This document shows, in pieces, positions 7,491-11,218 of a stretch of DNA of 11,218 nt. The notes beneath the pieces were generated by a model. That model made no database searches. It was not told the DNA's origin and saw only the letters and a list, made by a program, of their open reading frames with translations. Both the position numbers and the translations under genes were made by a program. The first letter of the stretch is position 1, and the number at the start of each line of letters is the position of its first letter. The stretch spans positions 1 through 11,218 of the forward strand of contig CAVSBO010000001.1 in assembly GCA_963726195.1 (NCBI GenBank), in the 5' to 3' direction. This stretch comes from Candidatus Thorarchaeota archaeon. GTDB lineage: Archaea > Asgardarchaeota > Thorarchaeia > Thorarchaeales > Thorarchaeaceae.

Positions 7491-9537
7491 ATGGTCGAAG
7501 TCGGTGTGGAAACGTCCCTTCGGGAAATGAGCCCAGCAGTGCTGGTTCTCCACTTGTGTTTGGTTGCTCTAGCTTTCGGCAGCGCTCTCCTAGGTGGCTC
7601 AAGCTTGGCGGCAGTCTTTGACTTCATGCTCATGTTCCTTGTCGTCGGCCAATCCCTCAGACTAGGTCTTATCCAATCCGTCGCGGTCAGACTCTCATCT
7701 GATTCTATGAGAGTGAACCTCCTGATTGACTCACTACTCAGCATCATGATGACCTCATGCTTTGCCATCGTGTTCGCATCGCTTATGTTACTCCGCTGGA
7801 TGCTGCCAGCCCTTGTATTTGTCATGCTGGTCTTGGACGCTCATGGGCTGCAACACTATGCAAAGATCAGCCACAATCGTCGTAGCATTTCTCTGTCGGA
7901 AACGGGCTTTCAACTGGTCAGGCCGAACTTGCGATTCATACTTTCTTTCCTGTTTGGTGTGTTGATGGCTGTCTGGCTGACTAGATACCTGCAATGGCCA
8001 GAAGCCGCTGGCGCAGACCTCTTTGTGCACAGCGGTGTGACAAGGCTAATCGCTGCCGAAGGAGGGAGCTTTTCACTGTTTGGCACCTATCCATACGTTT
8101 TCCATTGTATAGCGGCGGCGATTGTACTCTCAAGCGGTCTTGACCCATTTCCGCTGTTCGGATATGGCATCTTTCTTGTGTACCCCATTGGAACTGTTGT
8201 GATGCACGTCTTCTTTGAAGAATTCATGGCTGGGAAGTGGAAGCCTCTTCTTACGCTGTTCGCTACAAGCTTCGTGGCCGAAGGCGGGGCACTATTGGGA
8301 CTTCGCTACACATATCCTTCAACCTACGTCTTTGTTTCGACACTTCTTGTCCTCAGCGCTATTAGGATGGCACCACAAAGCCGCTCACTCCTAGTGACGG
8401 TCGCGGGTGCAGTTCTATGCCTGATTGTAATCTACCCGGCCGCCTTGCTGACAACTCTTCCTTTGACTGCCTACATGTGGTGCAATCGATCTCCGAATAG
8501 TACGATAAAACACCGTTTGGCTAATCTCATCATAGTATCAGGGATACTTGGTGGCACTCTCGTCATTGTGGTATACTACGCACTGTTACCCTTGTTTGGT
8601 ATTGCCCCTCTAGTTTTCCAACTCCCGTTTGGATTCCTCGACGTCACTGCGAGTCTGTCACTAGATGTAGCGATCTTTACAAATGCCTATTCGCTGCTCC
8701 AGATACTGCTTCTCGCGTGTGGGCTCGCTTCATTGGCATGGTCAGTCTGTCGAAGAAATAGCTCACACCTTGAGGAGATAGGAGATGACCGGTTTGTGCT
8801 GCTTTCTGCGATGTTCTATCTGGTCGTCTTCTTTCTGCCTACCAGCTACGGGTACAGAACAGAGTTGTATATCAGACCGCTTCTGTCCATCTGTATAGTT
8901 GAAGGGGCAGTTCTTGTGGCAGGCACGGTTCTTACCGCTGCCAAAATGATACACGTGTCAACTGGAAAAGTGAATGCTAGTAGGTCTGAGACTGCGTTCG
9001 TCCTAGCAGTCCTGCTTATCGTCGGGCTGTCAGCTGTACCGACGGTAGCCCGAATGGACATTGGAATGATGAATGAGCCTCTGAACATATCTGCCGATGA
9101 GATACACGCCTTCGATTGGCTGGGTCGACACGTTCCAGGCTGGAGGATATGTCTTGACTGATGCCGCTACTGGGTTCCTGATGAGGTCTTTCATATTGAG
9201 AAACTGCTCTACCGCCTCAATTGAATCCGGTCGGCTTCCATCACCTCTGGACAATTCCACGCTGTTCGGTATCGTGTTCTCATTCTTTAATGCGACATCC
9301 GGGGAGGAACTCGGACCATACGGCGACCTTGTCGAATCCAGGGGCGGAGTCGCCTTCATAGTCATATCTCCGCGCACCTCGGCTTGGATAGTCATTGCAA
9401 GGAGCGGCGGAACTGGTTTGGGTGCGGAATACCGTCAGAGTCTACCTTGGTACGATCCCAGCTGGAGCAAGTTCTTCGGGCCCAGTTACATTACAGTAGA
9501 AAGCTTCGGGCAAACAATAATAATGACAAGAACATGA
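7491..9537 (+). pseudogene. Paralogue 2 of the AglB/STT3-like GT-C membrane protein, with no CBM-like domain and one frameshift (possibly a sequencing error)
   Basis: ORFs 7491-9161 and 9097-9537 fuse to 681 aa on removing one G at 9138-9139. This gives WLGRHVPAGGYVLTDAATGF, colinear with WLKENMPERGYVLTDPTTGF in paralogue 1. Shared blocks include SLRLGL, WPEAxGxDxFxH, GLDP, GALLGxxYxxPSTY, AYSxLQxLLL, YLVxFFLP, LRNCS, ISPRTSxW and WxKFFxPxY. Confidence 0.8.
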
Positions 9538-9674
9538 GAACTCCCTACACAGCGTCAGCAGTCCGCCCTACTGAGCAAGTGACAAACCATCTCACAGATG
9601 AAGATGGCCCCGGCACAGGGGGAGATGTCTCGCATACGGAAATGATTGGTTTGTTTCCACAATCCTGCCAGATG

Positions 9675-10905
9675 CTACGAGCGAATAGCAGACCCGGTAG
9701 CCCTGGCGTATACTTCCATTGTTTGTTCTGCTATTCGATTCCAAGAGAAGTTTGCGACAGCCCGATTTCTGCTCCTTTGTGACATTTCCTTACGCAGTTG
9801 TAGAGACTTCAGAAGAGAGCCTATGTTTGAAACTAGGTTGTCTATGTCACCAGGGACCACCAAAAGGCCTGCATCTGCCAACAATCTAGGCATGTCACCA
9901 GCCCGGCTTACTATACAAGGCAGACCCGTTGCCATGGCTTCAAGTAGCGCGTTCGGTGGAGCCCTCATGGTGTGAAACCAGAATGAACACATCGGATAGC
10001 CTCATTATCCTCGGAACATCATCTCTTTGACCCAAGAATCGGACGCGATCGGTCAATCCTTGCTGTGCGACTCGTGTTTCAACCTCAGGCTTGAACATGC
10101 CTGAGCCAACTAGCAGTAGTACGTGGGGTTGCTGGACTTGGCCTTCAAGATCCTTCATTGCCTGCACTGAGTCTAAGACACCCATCAACTTTTCTTCAAG
10201 ATCGAAATTCCCAACCCATAATAGAACCTGCGTGTCGTCGTCGATTCCTAACTCGCGCCTAGCAAGAATCGCGTCCTCCTTCGACTGTGGAGGACTGAAC
10301 ATGCTCGTATCAACGCCACTACCTATCTGGCATACGTACGTATGCGGAGCGAGTTGCTCAATGATTGGCACGTAGTCCGAAGTTACTGCTATCACAGAGG
10401 CGGCTGATCTGACAAGAATCGCCTCAAGGGTTAGACTGAGGAAACTCCCAGAATCTTTTGACCATTTGAAACGAGGGCCCAACATCCCATGAACTGTAAT
10501 CACCAGGGGCACCCTCAAAACCCGCGATAACAGAAGGCCGACCACGCTAGAGAGAGAAGGACTATGTGCATGGACCACGCATACTCTTCTCTTGGCAAAC
10601 CAGTAGATCCCCAGTAGGGTCCCGAGAAGTGCATAGGATAACGAGTACATCATCTTCGTGAAAAGCCCGGCCTGCGGATCAGGCGCCCTCATAGGAAGCC
10701 TCTTGATTGCCTCTCGATCTTCTTTCTCAGTTGCAGAGTAGCGATTTGCGGAGCTCGCTATGATCGTACTCTCCACTCCGAGGGCCTTAAGCGCAAGCGA
10801 GAGACCCGAGACGTAGTGTGCGGGACCTCCGCGGTCAGGGAATAACCTAGTGCTGACTACTCCAATACGAAAAGAGCGGTTCGTCGGTTTCGCCATGCTG
10901 CACAC
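9675..10905 (-). pseudogene. Glycosyltransferase family 4 (GT-B, RfaB/PimA-like), with one frameshift (possibly a sequencing error)
   Basis: N-terminal FPDRGGPAHYV, VVHAHS, VPLVITVHG, GSGVDTSMF and VRFLGQRDDV. Removing one base at 9958-9959 joins ORFs 9940-10905 and 9675-9992 and restores the canonical E-x7-E motif, EGSPNALLEAMATGLP (about 409 aa). Alternative ATG start at 10896. Confidence 0.85.
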
Positions 10906-11054
10906 TATTCCGTCGCCTCAACTATCGACACATCCTGATTTCGGGCTTGCGCCATATTTCTGTTTCTACATGGTCAGATGCTACGACTTCTCTGCTCATC
11001 GAGAATGAGAACCTCGTAGACCACGTGCAATCAAATACGGCCTTGTTCGCACTC

Positions 11055-11218
11055 TCAAGACACGTCGGACGAGAGTTTCGACAAAGCTATTCGAACAGCG
11101 ACAAATGCACCGGCCAATCTGAACGGGTACAACAGGCGCTTGGTTGGTGAGAACATCTTTCTCTTCCCTGATTTCCTCGGGACATGGTGAGTACTCAGCT
11201 CTACAATGGAGAGACCTT
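11055..11218 (-). CDS. 3' end of a GT2 glycosyltransferase, DPM1/ArnC-like (polyprenol-phosphate glycosyltransferase); partial, runs off the window
   Basis: The minus frame from 11216 reads GLSIVELSTHHVPRKSGKRKMFSPTKRLLYPFRLAGAFVAVRIALSKLSSDVS*. This matches the G-x2-I-x-E-x4-H-x-PR-x2-G-x2-K C-terminal signature of DPM1-like GT2 enzymes. It is not in the supplied ORF track. Confidence 0.7.
   Translation of the reverse strand, partial: GLSIVELSTHHVPRKSGKRKMFSPTKRLLYPFRLAGAFVAVRIALSKLSSDVS

Noticed and set aside
7324-7530. 68-aa ORF upstream of paralogue 2
   Set aside because: No motif or RBS, Arg-rich non-protein-like composition, and paralogue 2 already aligns with paralogue 1 from its own start.
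1602-9553. 10-bp direct repeat CCTACACAGC at 1602-1611 and 9544-9553 flanking the four central genes
   Set aside because: Matches of this length are expected by chance in 11 kb, and there is no integrase, tRNA or other att-site context.

Overview
This window is a surface-glycan (glycosylation) locus, probably archaeal, judging from BRE/TATA-like promoters, a GGTGA ribosome-binding site, TTG/GTG starts and sequon-rich extracellular domains. It encodes three polytopic membrane proteins with GT-C-like features: one at 334-1503 and two paralogues at 1694-4435 and 7491-9537. The paralogues have an AglB/STT3-like layout but lack the WWDYG motif. The first paralogue also carries a C-terminal beta-sandwich/CBM-like domain and a truncated remnant of a second copy that runs into the convergent flippase gene. 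Also present are a Wzx/MOP-type flippase (4295-5809, minus), a CgeB-like GT-B glycosyltransferase (6146-7192), a GT4 glycosyltransferase (9675-10905, minus) and the 3' end of a DPM1-like GT2 (11055-11218, minus) that is missing from the ORF track. Three genes in the right half are broken by four apparent single-base indels, and each repairs to a full-length stop-free ORF, so uncorrected sequencing error is at least as likely as real pseudogenisation. I found no RNA genes, CRISPR arrays or transposases. Family assignments come from motif recognition by eye, not database searches.
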